DNA of 64,000 nt from an uncultured Eubacteriales bacterium (GCA_949067325.1 CARTDZ010000001.1:4266-68265), one strand, 5' to 3'; shown: positions 18,820-27,916, counted from the first letter of the stretch. A program made the numbers and translations. The notes: generated from the sequence alone by a model not told the origin.

Positions 18820-20088
18820 ATGGAAAATATCAAACGCATTCCTTTGGCAGAGCGTATGAGGCCAACAAGCTTTGACGACTTTGTAGGGCAGGAGCATATT
18901 GTAGGCAAAAATTCTCTTCTCGTGCGAGCTATCAAGTTTGGCACACTTGGCAGCTGCATTTTTTATGGCCCGCCAGGAACAGGCAAAACCACGCTTGCAA
19001 ATATCATCGCAAACAGCATGAAGGCAAACTTTGTCAGACTTAATGCCGTTACAAGTGGAGTGGCTGACGCAAAAAAGATTATCGAAGAGGCAAGGGCAAA
19101 CAAGGCAATGTTTGGCACTGATACCTTCCTTATGCTTGACGAATGTCATCGTTGGAACAAGGCTCAATCTGATTGCGTACTTCAAGCTATTGAAGAAGGC
19201 TCAATTTTCTTCATTGGCTCGACAACAGAAAATCCTTATACCTCAATGACGAGGGCAATAGTTTCAAGATGTAGAATATTTGAATTCAAACCTCTTTCAT
19301 CAAAAGATATCGTCAGGTCACTCAAACGCGCTTTGTCTGACAGCGAAAAAGGTCTTGGTCATATGCCAGTTGAAATAACTGACGACGCACTTGAATATTT
19401 TGCGTTTGCCTGCGCTGGCGACAATCGCAATGCACTAAACTCTCTTGAACTTGCAGTCATGACATCAAAAATAGGCAAGGACAAAAAGATACATATAACT
19501 CGCGAGGAAGCAGTTCAGTCAACCGATCGAAAAGCTCTTTCGCTTGACGAAAATATGTTTTATGATATGCTTTCAGCTTTCTGCAAAAGTATTCGTGGCA
19601 GTGACAGTGACGCCGCTCTTTACTATAGCACGCGTCTAATAAATGCAGGTTGTGACCCAATGATTATCGCTCGCCGCCTTGTTGCACATACTTCAGAGGA
19701 TATTGGCATGGCCGACAGCAACGCTCTTCTTCTTGCCACAAGCGCTATGTACGCTCTTGAAAAAATGGGGCAGCCAGAGGGTCTTATTCCGCTCTCTCAT
19801 GCAATAATCTACGCTTGCGAGGCTGAAAAATCCAACTCGGTCATCACAGCAATGCACTTGGCAGAAAATGATGTCGAAAATTGTCCTGACAATCGCGTGC
19901 CAAATCATCTCAAAAATCACCCAAGCACAAACGGTGACGGTCATGGCAAATACAAATATCCGCACGAATATGGCGGCTATGTAAAACAACAATATCTGCC
20001 TGACAGCTTAAAAGATCATGTGTATTATACGCCTAGCAACAATGGCCGCGAGAAAAATTTGGTAAGAAAAAAATTTAGAAACGACTAA
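18820..20088 (+). CDS. rarA: replication-associated recombination protein A (AAA+ ATPase)
   Basis: PLAERMRP...FVGQEHIVG, Walker A GPPGTGKTT, LDECHRWNK, and the C-terminal MgsA domain (YDMLSAFCKSIRGSD...YPHEY). Confidence 0.9.
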   Translation: MENIKRIPLAERMRPTSFDDFVGQEHIVGKNSLLVRAIKFGTLGSCIFYGPPGTGKTTLANIIANSMKANFVRLNAVTSGVADAKKIIEEARANKAMFGTDTFLMLDECHRWNKAQSDCVLQAIEEGSIFFIGSTTENPYTSMTRAIVSRCRIFEFKPLSSKDIVRSLKRALSDSEKGLGHMPVEITDDALEYFAFACAGDNRNALNSLELAVMTSKIGKDKKIHITREEAVQSTDRKALSLDENMFYDMLSAFCKSIRGSDSDAALYYSTRLINAGCDPMIIARRLVAHTSEDIGMADSNALLLATSAMYALEKMGQPEGLIPLSHAIIYACEAEKSNSVITAMHLAENDVENCPDNRVPNHLKNHPSTNGDGHGKYKYPHEYGGYVKQQYLPDSLKDHVYYTPSNNGREKNLVRKKFRND

Positions 20089-20263
20089 ATTTTAAAACAC
20101 AAAAAAACAACTTAAAAATATAACCATTTAAAAAAATTGAAAAGTTAAAAATTTAAAAATCTTAAAATCGTAAAATCTTAAAAAATTTAAAATTTAAAAT
20201 TTAAAATGAGAAAAATAACTTTAAAAAATTAAAACAAAAACACAAAATTAAGGAGAAAACAAA

Positions 20264-21286
20264 ATGTTTGGACATAGAAGTGACGGAAAAAAGGTTAAGG
20301 GTATGAATATAATTGACAAAGCAGGCCCATTTTTTATGCCGCAGCGAATTGACGCTGTCAATTATACTACGGTCAAGGTAAAATGCGACAGCATTGACGA
20401 ATTTATTCAAAAAGAACGCCGCCTTGGAAATTCCTATAGCTATATGCACATTATCATCGCTATGCTTGTGCGAGTGCTTTATACACGCAAAAAACTCAAT
20501 AGGTTTATTATGCGTGGCACAACTTATCAGCGAAACTATATAAGCGTGTCAATGGATATCAAAAAGAAGCTTGATGATGAAGGGGAAGATGTAACTCTCA
20601 AGTTCTATTTCACTGGCAGAGAGTCAATCGCTGAAGTGAAAAAGATTGTCGATGACGAAATCGCTAAAAACCTTAAAACAGATGAAGTTCACCAAACCAC
20701 CAAGGTGGCAGGCAAGTTTTGCGCACTTCCTGACTTCTTATTCCGCTGGGCAATGGCTATCGTAAACTTCCTCGACAGACATGGAATGCTTCCAAAAGCT
20801 ATCATAAAAGCAAGCCCATTTCACACAAGCGTTTTTCTCACAAACCTCAAGTCAATCAAACTAGGTTATATTTATCACCACCTTTACAATTTTGGCACAA
20901 CAAGCATGTTTGTCGCCATGGGCAAAGAGGCGATTGAGCCTTGGGTTGAAAATAACAAAGACTTAAAACTTGCAAAAGTTCTTTCTCTTGGCATGAGCCT
21001 TGATGAACGCGTGGCCGACGGCTTCTATATGGGCAAAAGCTTGAGACTTTGCAAAGATATTCTTTCAAACCTTGACATTTTGAATGAAAGCCTGCCTGAT
21101 GACGGAACAATACCTAAAAAATTCCTCAAGAAAAAACCAAAAAGCACAAAAGTCAAAAAAGTCAAAAAGCCAAAAGCTAGCAAAAAAGAAAAAGTTAAAA
21201 AGTCAAAATCTGACAAGCCTAAAAAGATAAAACCACTCAAAAACAAAGAAAAACACGACAAAAAAGTCAAAAAATCACAAGAATAA
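20264..21286 (+). CDS. 2-oxoacid dehydrogenase E2 / CAT-like acyltransferase-fold protein with a poly-Lys tail
   Basis: The catalytic-domain-like core has no lipoyl domain. The active-site region reads SLDERVADGFY at 21002-21022, where DHRxxDG is expected. The last ~55 aa are roughly half Lys. Confidence 0.65.
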   Translation: MFGHRSDGKKVKGMNIIDKAGPFFMPQRIDAVNYTTVKVKCDSIDEFIQKERRLGNSYSYMHIIIAMLVRVLYTRKKLNRFIMRGTTYQRNYISVSMDIKKKLDDEGEDVTLKFYFTGRESIAEVKKIVDDEIAKNLKTDEVHQTTKVAGKFCALPDFLFRWAMAIVNFLDRHGMLPKAIIKASPFHTSVFLTNLKSIKLGYIYHHLYNFGTTSMFVAMGKEAIEPWVENNKDLKLAKVLSLGMSLDERVADGFYMGKSLRLCKDILSNLDILNESLPDDGTIPKKFLKKKPKSTKVKKVKKPKASKKEKVKKSKSDKPKKIKPLKNKEKHDKKVKKSQE

Positions 21287-21297
21287 TTTTGCTTTTT

Positions 21298-21357
21298 GCT
21301 GTCAAATGTGATATAAAAGTAAAAACTGCTGTCAAATGTGATATAAAAGTAAAAACT
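21298..21357. repeat. perfect 30-bp tandem duplication
   Basis: GCTGTCAAATGTGATATAAAAGTAAAAACT occurs at 21298-21327 and again at 21328-21357. Confidence 0.9.
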
Positions 21358-21436
21358 TCTAAAAAAGCACATCAATACATAATGAAAAATCAAAATGAGC
21401 GCTTTAAATCATTTGAAAGTAAAAAGAGGTGAATTT

Positions 21437-21727
21437 ATGAAAACGATTTTATACTTTGTTTTGTCAGTGATCTCTATAGTTTATCTTCTCTGCCTTGCTT
21501 ATCTCAACATCAATCCTGAAGTTGCAGGCACAATAGGCACAATCCTTGGCTATGTCGCAAAATATGGCGGGCTGGTTATTATTCTCGCCTTTGCAGCCAT
21601 CAACTTTTTTGGAAATCCTTTCAAAATCGCCTTCTTTATACTTTTGGTCGTTGTCGCAATACTTTATATTGTCACAGCAATTATACCTGGACCATTTCAG
21701 TCACTATTTGGTATTATCACAGGCTAA
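21437..21727 (+). CDS. small membrane protein (3 predicted TM)
   Basis: ATG at 21437 follows an AAGAGGTG RBS (the ORF track starts at 21395). The protein is hydrophobic; no family recognised. Confidence 0.6.
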   Translation: MKTILYFVLSVISIVYLLCLAYLNINPEVAGTIGTILGYVAKYGGLVIILAFAAINFFGNPFKIAFFILLVVVAILYIVTAIIPGPFQSLFGIITG

Positions 21728-21748
21728 TAAAATTTTTAAGGGGGCAAA

Positions 21749-24265
21749 ATGACAAAATTTTTGCTGATTGATGGAAACAATATCGCGAACAGGGCTTTTT
21801 TTGCCCTGCCTTTTTTGACTAATAAAGAAGGCACGCCAACAGGAGCAGTTTATGGCTTTGCAAACGTTTTGATCAAAATGATTTTGCAAGAAAAGCCAAC
21901 GCATATCGCAGTCGCTTTTGACCATTCGCGAAAAACTTTTAGAAATGAAATTTATAGTCAGTATAAAATGCAAAGAAAGGAGACAAATCCTGAGCTTATT
22001 TCGCAATTTCCAATAATAAAACAAATGCTCCAAGAGATGGGCATCAAAACTTTTGAGTTTGAAAATATTGAAGCTGACGACATTATTGGCACTCTTTCAA
22101 AAAGTGACTGCTGTCAAGGCTTTCAAAAAATAATCCTATCTGGTGATCGTGACCTTTTTCAACTTATTGACAAAAACACTGTCATTTATATGCCTCAAAA
22201 CAAAACAAGCGAGGTCAAAAAGATAACTCTTGACAATCTCAAAGAAAATTTTGGCGTTGAAAAGCCAGAGCAGGTGATTGAACTCAAAGGGCTTATGGGT
22301 GACACCTCTGACAATATATCAGGTGTCAAAGGCGTGGGCGAGAAGACAGCAATCAGTCTTATCGAAACTTATGGCTCAGTGGCAGGGGTGTATTCACATA
22401 TTGACGAAATAAAAGGCAAACTTCAAGAAAAGCTTGCTCTTTCAAAAGACGACGCTTTTATGTCAAAAACTCTTGCAACGATCAAAACTGACTGCGAGCT
22501 AGATTTTGATTTGTCTTCTTGCGCCACTTCTTTTCCTTTTTCTATGAAGGTTTATGACTTTTTCAAAAAATATGATTTTTCTTCACTTTTAAAAAACAAT
22601 TCACTCTTTTCAACTGAAGTGTCACAAGAAAAAGTCAGAAAAAAATCACAACAAATTTCAATTGATAGTCATGTTCTTGACCAATTAACTTCAACAAACC
22701 ATCAAATCTTTGCATATAACCTTCAAACAATGCAATTCGCTTTTGGCGACGATAAAGTTTATTTCTTAAGCCAAAATTATGATATGTTTGGCAGCAATTT
22801 GACGTTTGAAGAGGTTTGTCAAGGCCTAAAACCTCTTTTCGAAAACAAAAACATCACGAAACTCACTTTTTCAGCCAAAAGTGATATGCACACTCTTGAA
22901 AAACTTGGCATAAAACTTGAAAGCTATTTTGATCTTTCGCTTGCAAATTATTGCATAAGTGCAGGGCTAAAAAATCAAGGTCAAGATATAACACCAGACG
23001 AATATTTTGAGTATTATGAGCTTTATCAAAAGCAGATGAAAGAGCTTAATGTCACACATATCTATAATGAAATTGAATTGCCTCTTATAAACATTTTGAA
23101 AGAAATGGAAGAAAACGGCTTCAAGGTCAATGAGAAAAAAATTGACGAGCTTTCCTCATCTTTTGCACAAAGGCTTGACCTTTTAAGCAAGGAGATTTTT
23201 GCAGAGGCAGGGGAAGAGTTTAACATAAATTCGCCAAAACAAGTGGCCACAATACTTTTTGACAAACTAGGCATCAAATCCTACAACAACAAAAAACACT
23301 CCACAAGCGTAGGTGTGCTTGACGAGCTTCGTTTTATTCCAATTGTTGACAATATCCTAAAATATCGCAAGCTTGCAAAACTTAAAAACACCTATGTTGA
23401 TGTTTACAAAAATATCTGCCTCTCTTCTGGGCCAATTATTCATACAACTTTCAATCAGGCTCTCACAAGCACAGGCAGGCTATCAAGCAGTGAGCCAAAT
23501 CTGCAAAACATTCCAACGCGCGACGATGAGGGCAGAGAACTTCGCAAACTCTTCATCTCAAAGTTTGAAGGCGGCAAAATTCTCTCTGCAGACTACAATC
23601 AAATCGAACTTCGTCTGCTAGCTGATATGTCAGGTGAAGAAAATCTTATCGAAGCCTACAACAACAATCAAGACATTCACACTCTCACAGCTTCGCAAAT
23701 TTTTGGGATAAACCTTCAAGCCGTCACCGCTGATATGCGTCGTGAGGCTAAGGCAGTCAATTTTGGCATAATCTACGGCATAAGTGACTATGGTCTTTCG
23801 CAGAATATAAAAAGCTCAGTGGCAAAAGCCAAGGCATATATCGAGAGTTATTTTACTCGCTATCCACGCGTGAAAGAATTTATGAACACAAATGTAGAAA
23901 GTGCAAAGAAGGAAGGCCTTATCAGAACCAAATTCGGCCGCGTGCGAAAAATACCTGAAATAAACAGTGCAAAATATCAAACTAGAAGTTTTGGCGAGCG
24001 AGTTGCTATGAATATGCCTCTTCAAGGCACAGCTTCAGATATAATAAAAATCGCAATGCAAAAAGTGGCAAAATCCTTCAAAGAGCACTCGCTAAAAAGT
24101 CAGCTTATCCTGCAAATACATGACGAACTTATTGTCGATGTTTTCAAAGGTGAAGAAGAAATTGTCTCTCGTATCGTTACTCAAGAAATGCAAAATGTGA
24201 CTTCACTTAAAGTTCCGCTCGTGGTCAGTGTGGGTATAGGCGAAAGCCTTTATGATTGCAAATAA
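21749..24265 (+). CDS. polA: DNA polymerase I
   Basis: 5'-nuclease domain (LLIDGNNIANRAFF, GDRDLFQL) plus pol motifs DYNQIELRLLA, RREAKAVNFGIIYG and QIHDELIV. The middle domain lacks an obvious DxE ExoI motif. Confidence 0.95.
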   Translation: MTKFLLIDGNNIANRAFFALPFLTNKEGTPTGAVYGFANVLIKMILQEKPTHIAVAFDHSRKTFRNEIYSQYKMQRKETNPELISQFPIIKQMLQEMGIKTFEFENIEADDIIGTLSKSDCCQGFQKIILSGDRDLFQLIDKNTVIYMPQNKTSEVKKITLDNLKENFGVEKPEQVIELKGLMGDTSDNISGVKGVGEKTAISLIETYGSVAGVYSHIDEIKGKLQEKLALSKDDAFMSKTLATIKTDCELDFDLSSCATSFPFSMKVYDFFKKYDFSSLLKNNSLFSTEVSQEKVRKKSQQISIDSHVLDQLTSTNHQIFAYNLQTMQFAFGDDKVYFLSQNYDMFGSNLTFEEVCQGLKPLFENKNITKLTFSAKSDMHTLEKLGIKLESYFDLSLANYCISAGLKNQGQDITPDEYFEYYELYQKQMKELNVTHIYNEIELPLINILKEMEENGFKVNEKKIDELSSSFAQRLDLLSKEIFAEAGEEFNINSPKQVATILFDKLGIKSYNNKKHSTSVGVLDELRFIPIVDNILKYRKLAKLKNTYVDVYKNICLSSGPIIHTTFNQALTSTGRLSSSEPNLQNIPTRDDEGRELRKLFISKFEGGKILSADYNQIELRLLADMSGEENLIEAYNNNQDIHTLTASQIFGINLQAVTADMRREAKAVNFGIIYGISDYGLSQNIKSSVAKAKAYIESYFTRYPRVKEFMNTNVESAKKEGLIRTKFGRVRKIPEINSAKYQTRSFGERVAMNMPLQGTASDIIKIAMQKVAKSFKEHSLKSQLILQIHDELIVDVFKGEEEIVSRIVTQEMQNVTSLKVPLVVSVGIGESLYDCK

Positions 24266-24339
24266 ATAATTTTTTGTAATGTTTTTCAAATTAGTTGACT
24301 TAGTCCTTGCAAAAAGGCTATAATAAAAGTGGTGATGTA

Positions 24340-24756
24340 ATGCAAAACAAAAGAAAGATGGGGATTGATTATGGAGACAAGCGGATAGGCATAGCTCTTT
24401 CCGACGCACTTTGTATCATTTCCAGCCCTTATGAGGTCTACCAAAACAAGGGGGAAGCTGACGCACTTTCACACATTGAAAAGCTCATAAAAGAGTACAA
24501 TGTCGATACTATTGCAATGGGGCTGCCTCTGAATATGGACGGCACTGAGGGCGAGCGTGCAAAAATCCACCGCCAGTTTGGTGAAAAACTAGCAAGCCAA
24601 ACAAAGGTAAAAGTCGTTTATGTTGATGAACGCTTAACCTCGGCCGAAGCTGAAGAAATCCTGATTTCAAGCGGGGTGCGAAGGGAAAAGCGAAAGGAAA
24701 TCATTGACAAAATATCGGCACAAATCATTTTGCAAACTTACATGAACAATTTATAA
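24340..24756 (+). CDS. ruvX: Holliday junction resolvase-like protein RuvX/YqgF
   Basis: MGIDYGDKRIGIALSD and DERLTS motifs. ATG at 24340 is preferred because the 24307 start lies inside a TTGACT-18-TATAAT promoter. Confidence 0.85.
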   Translation: MQNKRKMGIDYGDKRIGIALSDALCIISSPYEVYQNKGEADALSHIEKLIKEYNVDTIAMGLPLNMDGTEGERAKIHRQFGEKLASQTKVKVVYVDERLTSAEAEEILISSGVRREKRKEIIDKISAQIILQTYMNNL

Positions 24757-24772
24757 AAAGGGGATTATTATT

Positions 24773-25234
24773 ATGGCAGAGAAAAAAGAACAAGTACAGC
24801 AAAACGTTGACCTTCTTGATGTGCTTCTTGATCAAGAAAACAAAGATCCAATCGTATTGATGGACGAAAAAGGCAAACAACTCACTTTTGAACAAGTTGC
24901 GGTTATTCCTTATGGCGTAGAAGACGCAAACAAAAGCCTTTACTGCGTTTTGAAGCCAATGGACAAGATTGATGGCATTGCAGACGATGAAGCAATCGTT
25001 TTCCTTTGCGACGAAGATGCAAACGGCAACACAATCTTGCGTGTTGAAGAAAATGAAGAAGTTGCAATTGCTGTATTTGATAAATATTATGACCTTCTTG
25101 AAGAGGCAACAAAAAAATCAAAGACAGAAAAGAAAACAACCGCAGCAAAAAAGACTGCAACAAAAACTTCAACTGCTGCAAAGAAACCAGCATCAAAAAC
25201 GGCTGGAAAAACTGCAGGAAAGCCAAAAAAGTAA
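24773..25234 (+). CDS. DUF1292 domain protein with an A/K/T-rich basic tail
   Basis: The DUF1292 core reads ...LTFEQVAVIPYG...LYCVLKPMD...IVFLC. The tail KKTTAAKKTATKTSTAAKKPASKTAGKTAGKPKK is histone-H1-like in composition. Confidence 0.8.
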   Translation: MAEKKEQVQQNVDLLDVLLDQENKDPIVLMDEKGKQLTFEQVAVIPYGVEDANKSLYCVLKPMDKIDGIADDEAIVFLCDEDANGNTILRVEENEEVAIAVFDKYYDLLEEATKKSKTEKKTTAAKKTATKTSTAAKKPASKTAGKTAGKPKK

Positions 25235-25434
25235 AAAGCTAAAAAAATTGTAAAAAAAAAGAAACAAAATAACAGCAAAATAAAGTCTCGCTTTTTTCGC
25301 GGGATTTTGTTTTTTCTCAAACTTAAAGACAATAAAATTGTCAAAATAAATCATATTTCTAAGTATATTTTCTTCCTTTTTGGAGCAAGCTATAAGTACA
25401 AGGCGTGTTGCCTTGAAAAAAGGAGGGGGAAACT

Positions 25435-25560
25435 ATGTTCGGAAAAAATGCTAAACAATCAAAGTCTTCAAAGAACGCTAAAAACGCTAAATCAAACGTT
25501 GAAGCATCAAACGAAGCAAAGGGTTGTGGCTCAAGAACTACAAAAAATAGTTCTAAATAG
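25435..25560 (+). CDS. candidate small hydrophilic protein (41 aa)
   Basis: It is not in the ORF track (under 60 aa). An AAAGGAGGGGG RBS lies 4-5 nt before the ATG. The product is MFGKNAKQSKSSKNAKNAKSNVEASNEAKGCGSRTTKNSSK, and a hairpin plus T-run follows. Confidence 0.4.
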   Translation: MFGKNAKQSKSSKNAKNAKSNVEASNEAKGCGSRTTKNSSK

Positions 25561-25574
25561 TTTTCAACTAATCG

Positions 25575-25610
25575 AAAAAAGAAGGCAATCAATCAGATAC
25601 CTTCTTTTTT
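25575..25610 (+). terminator. rho-independent terminator
   Basis: AAAAGAAGG/CCTTCTTTT stem with a 14-nt loop, followed by a T-run. Confidence 0.55.
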
Positions 25611-25885
25611 TGTGGCGTTGCCACTTTTTTTAAATTTTGTTTTGCACAAATCCTCAAATTAAAGAATTTTATGTGGCGTCGCGTGGCGTCGCGTGGAGTT
25701 GCCACTTTTTTTTAAATTTTATTTTTCTTAAATTCTCAATTTTAAAAATTTTATGTGGCGTCGCGTGGAGTTGCCACTTTTTTTTAAATTTTATTTTTCT
25801 TAAATTCTCAATTTTAAAAATTTTATGTGGCGTTGCGTGGCGTTGCCACTTTTTTTTAAATTTCGTTTTGTCACAATTATTTTAA
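25611..25885 (+). repeat. tandem array of 4 hairpin+T8 modules (60/82/72/about 60 bp)
   Basis: Units start at 25611, 25671, 25753 and 25825. Each has (A)TGTGGCG..GCCAC, then T7-8, then an AT-rich tail. Unit 2 equals unit 3 plus an internal 10-bp GCGTGGCGTC duplication. Confidence 0.9.
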
Positions 25886-25915
25886 ACTTTACAAAACTCG
25901 TCTTGGAAAAATTTG

Positions 25916-26647
25916 TTATACCAAAAGTGAAGAAGTGAGTTTTGATAGGGTGAAAGTGAGTGTGCCGCGTTCGTGCGAAGCTGACAAAGTGATATTGCCG
26001 TCTTTGTCAAAAGTTTTGGTTGAAACTTCGTCATCAAAAGTTATTTGGCCGATGTTTGAAGTGAAATTGTTTGAAAGGTAGGTTACACTTGACAAAGTCA
26101 CTCTAAAATTGTATTTATACAAATTGCCAGCCTTGCCAAGATACAAAACATTGTCACTTTTTATGCTTGTGCTTTGAATTTGGTCATAAGTTCCACTGCA
26201 AAGTGTTTTGTAAGATGCTGCATTGTCACTTGAAGAGTATTCAATAAGATAAGTCACTTTTGAAACGTCGTCATAATCTGCTGAAATGAAATTCATTTCA
26301 CTGGCCATAGCGTACATCATGCTAGAAGGGGCTTCTTCCTCAAACAGAGCGGTGTAACTGCCAGAAGTTGCTTGTGAGACATTTATTTTTATATTTGCCT
26401 CTTTTGATACTATCCTGTTTGAAGAATGTATCCAGCATAAAAAGTTTGAGCCAACATAGCTTTGAGCAGACAAAACCACTTCGCTTCCTTCTATAAAAGA
26501 TTTTTCACTTCCGCCAGAAGCTTTGCCCAAAAGTTCGTTGCTTGAAAGGGTGGTTATGCTAAAATATTGCGGATCATTGCAACCAACCAAAGCGATGGCA
26601 GGCACGAGAGCAAGAGAGCAAAACAAAATTTTATTAAACTTCTTCAT
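25916..26647 (-). CDS. lipoprotein, possibly with a divergent InlB B-repeat-like domain
   Basis: The signal peptide has a lipobox (ALVGC). GSEVVLSAQSYVGSNFLCWIHSSNRIV...YTALFEE resembles the InlB B-repeat pattern. Confidence 0.7.
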   Translation of the reverse strand: MKKFNKILFCSLALVPAIALVGCNDPQYFSITTLSSNELLGKASGGSEKSFIEGSEVVLSAQSYVGSNFLCWIHSSNRIVSKEANIKINVSQATSGSYTALFEEEAPSSMMYAMASEMNFISADYDDVSKVTYLIEYSSSDNAASYKTLCSGTYDQIQSTSIKSDNVLYLGKAGNLYKYNFRVTLSSVTYLSNNFTSNIGQITFDDEVSTKTFDKDGNITLSASHERGTLTFTLSKLTSSLLV

Positions 26648-26798
26648 AAAAGCCTCCTTGAAAGTATTTCAATAGTAGTATTATCAATAATTTTCTTTTA
26701 TTTGTCAAATTATTTAAAGTTAAACATGAAAAACAACAAATTTTTTTGAGTATTTTTAAAACCCTTGCATAGAATATCTTTGAAAAAGGAGTTTTATT

Positions 26799-27560
26799 AT
26801 GTGGGAATTTTCCTTAAACGTGAAATCGGACAAGGCAGAAGTGGCAGACTTTCTGTTTGAAAACATCAAAAAAAATTGTCAGTTTATGAATGGTATTGTC
26901 ACTGAACATGAAGAAAATGGCTATATATCAATTCTTGTCGCCGCCCCAGAAGATTTTTGCGGCCAAGTACAGTCGCTTTTGGAACGTTTGATCACACAAA
27001 TCATTTGTACTGATTTTAAATATGAATTTTTGGAGCGCAATTTAAAAATACCCATGCACGACAAAATTGGTATGACAGCTTTTAAAAAAGCACTACTTAA
27101 TTTTGACCGCGAAACAGACAAATTTTTAGTGCTGAAAAATCTAAACCTCGCAAGTTCGCTCTATCTCGATAGCTTCTATGATTTTCGTTTGACTTCGCTT
27201 AAAGCCAAGTGGACTGAACTTGTCTCGCTTGCCAATGAAAATCGTGTCTATCTCATAAGCAATGATGCTTTTGTTGATCTTTTAAAATTCCTAATTGACA
27301 ACATTGAAATCTGCGAAGATGAAATTGATGTGGTTGAAAATGAAGAGGGCTACAAAATATTTCTCGAAGACCAAACAGACCCGTTTTATAAAAATGTGGT
27401 TTTCAACGAAGAAGATCTTGTTTCATCTATAATCGACCTTGCACCTCAAAAAATCAATCTTTATTGTCATGGCCAAACAGGAGCTATCAGTTTGCTCGAA
27501 AAAATCTTTGATGAACGCATAAACGTTTGCACAGATACAACTTTGGTTAAAAAATTGTAA
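26799..27560 (+). CDS. YtxC-like putative sporulation protein
   Basis: 253 aa, immediately upstream of the thrS T-box, as ytxC is in Bacillus. The sequence-level call is weak and rests mainly on synteny. Confidence 0.5.
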   Translation: MWEFSLNVKSDKAEVADFLFENIKKNCQFMNGIVTEHEENGYISILVAAPEDFCGQVQSLLERLITQIICTDFKYEFLERNLKIPMHDKIGMTAFKKALLNFDRETDKFLVLKNLNLASSLYLDSFYDFRLTSLKAKWTELVSLANENRVYLISNDAFVDLLKFLIDNIEICEDEIDVVENEEGYKIFLEDQTDPFYKNVVFNEEDLVSSIIDLAPQKINLYCHGQTGAISLLEKIFDERINVCTDTTLVKKL

Positions 27561-27567
27561 AAATCAC

Positions 27568-27597
27568 TTGACAATTTATTTTGCAAAGTGATAAAAT
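27568..27597 (+). promoter_or_regulatory. extended -10 promoter of the thrS leader
   Basis: TTGACA(27568-27573), 18-bp spacer, TGaTAAAAT(27589-27597). Confidence 0.55.
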
Positions 27598-27599
27598 GA

Positions 27600-27811
27600 T
27601 ACTAATGCAAGAGCAGAAAGACAAGTAGCCTCACATATAATGCGCAGAGAAGGGTTGGTTGGTGAAAAACCTTGATTGTAGTGACAAGCGAAACCACTTG
27701 CTGCGATGACGGCTGACAATTTTTTAAAGTGGCACTTTTTGTGCAATTAAGGTGGAACCGCGGTTTAAAAAAATATAATCGTCCTTAAGAGAAAGTCTTA
27801 AGGACTTTTTT
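27600..27811 (+). promoter_or_regulatory. T-box riboswitch leader, Thr (ACC) specifier
   Basis: Stem I has AGAGA and a GGTGAAA distal loop. The specifier loop reads GAA-ACC-A (ACC at 27693-27695). The T-box sequence AATTAAGGTGGAACCGCG is at 27745-27762. The terminator is GTCCTTAAGA/TCTTAAGGAC plus T6 (27781-27811). Confidence 0.85.
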
Positions 27812-27916
27812 GTGTGCTTTAAGCGCTTTCTACTTGAAAACTTAGCCAAAAGCTTTAACAAAAAAATGTTAAAAAAAAATTAAAAAAAATGTTAAAAAAG
27901 AAAAGGAGAAATTATT

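Noticed and set aside
20089-20263. Extremely AT-rich tract with ATTTAAAA-type micro-repeats, considered as a possible replication origin/DUE or mobile-element end.
   Set aside because: There are no DnaA-box-like TTATCCACA motifs, no flanking dnaA/dnaN, and no inverted terminal repeats or recombinase. It is most simply an A-tract-rich promoter/UP region for the next gene.
21749-24265. PolA lacking 3'-5' exonuclease motifs, considered as a novelty.
   Set aside because: Loss of the ExoI-III acidic residues in the middle domain is common in Firmicutes and Thermus Pol I enzymes, so it is not unusual.
25637-25885. 82-aa ORF (…GVAWSCHFFLNFIFLKFSILKILC repeated) running through the tandem hairpin modules.
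   Set aside because: The frame stays open only because the unit length is a multiple of 3. It has no RBS, a TTG start in AT-rich DNA and a nonsense-like composition. The DNA/RNA repeat explains it better.
25611-25885. Possible CRISPR array, given the regularly spaced GC-rich palindromic repeats.
   Set aside because: The sequences between the hairpins are themselves repeated (identical AT-rich tails), so there are no unique spacers. There are only 4 units and no cas genes in the window.
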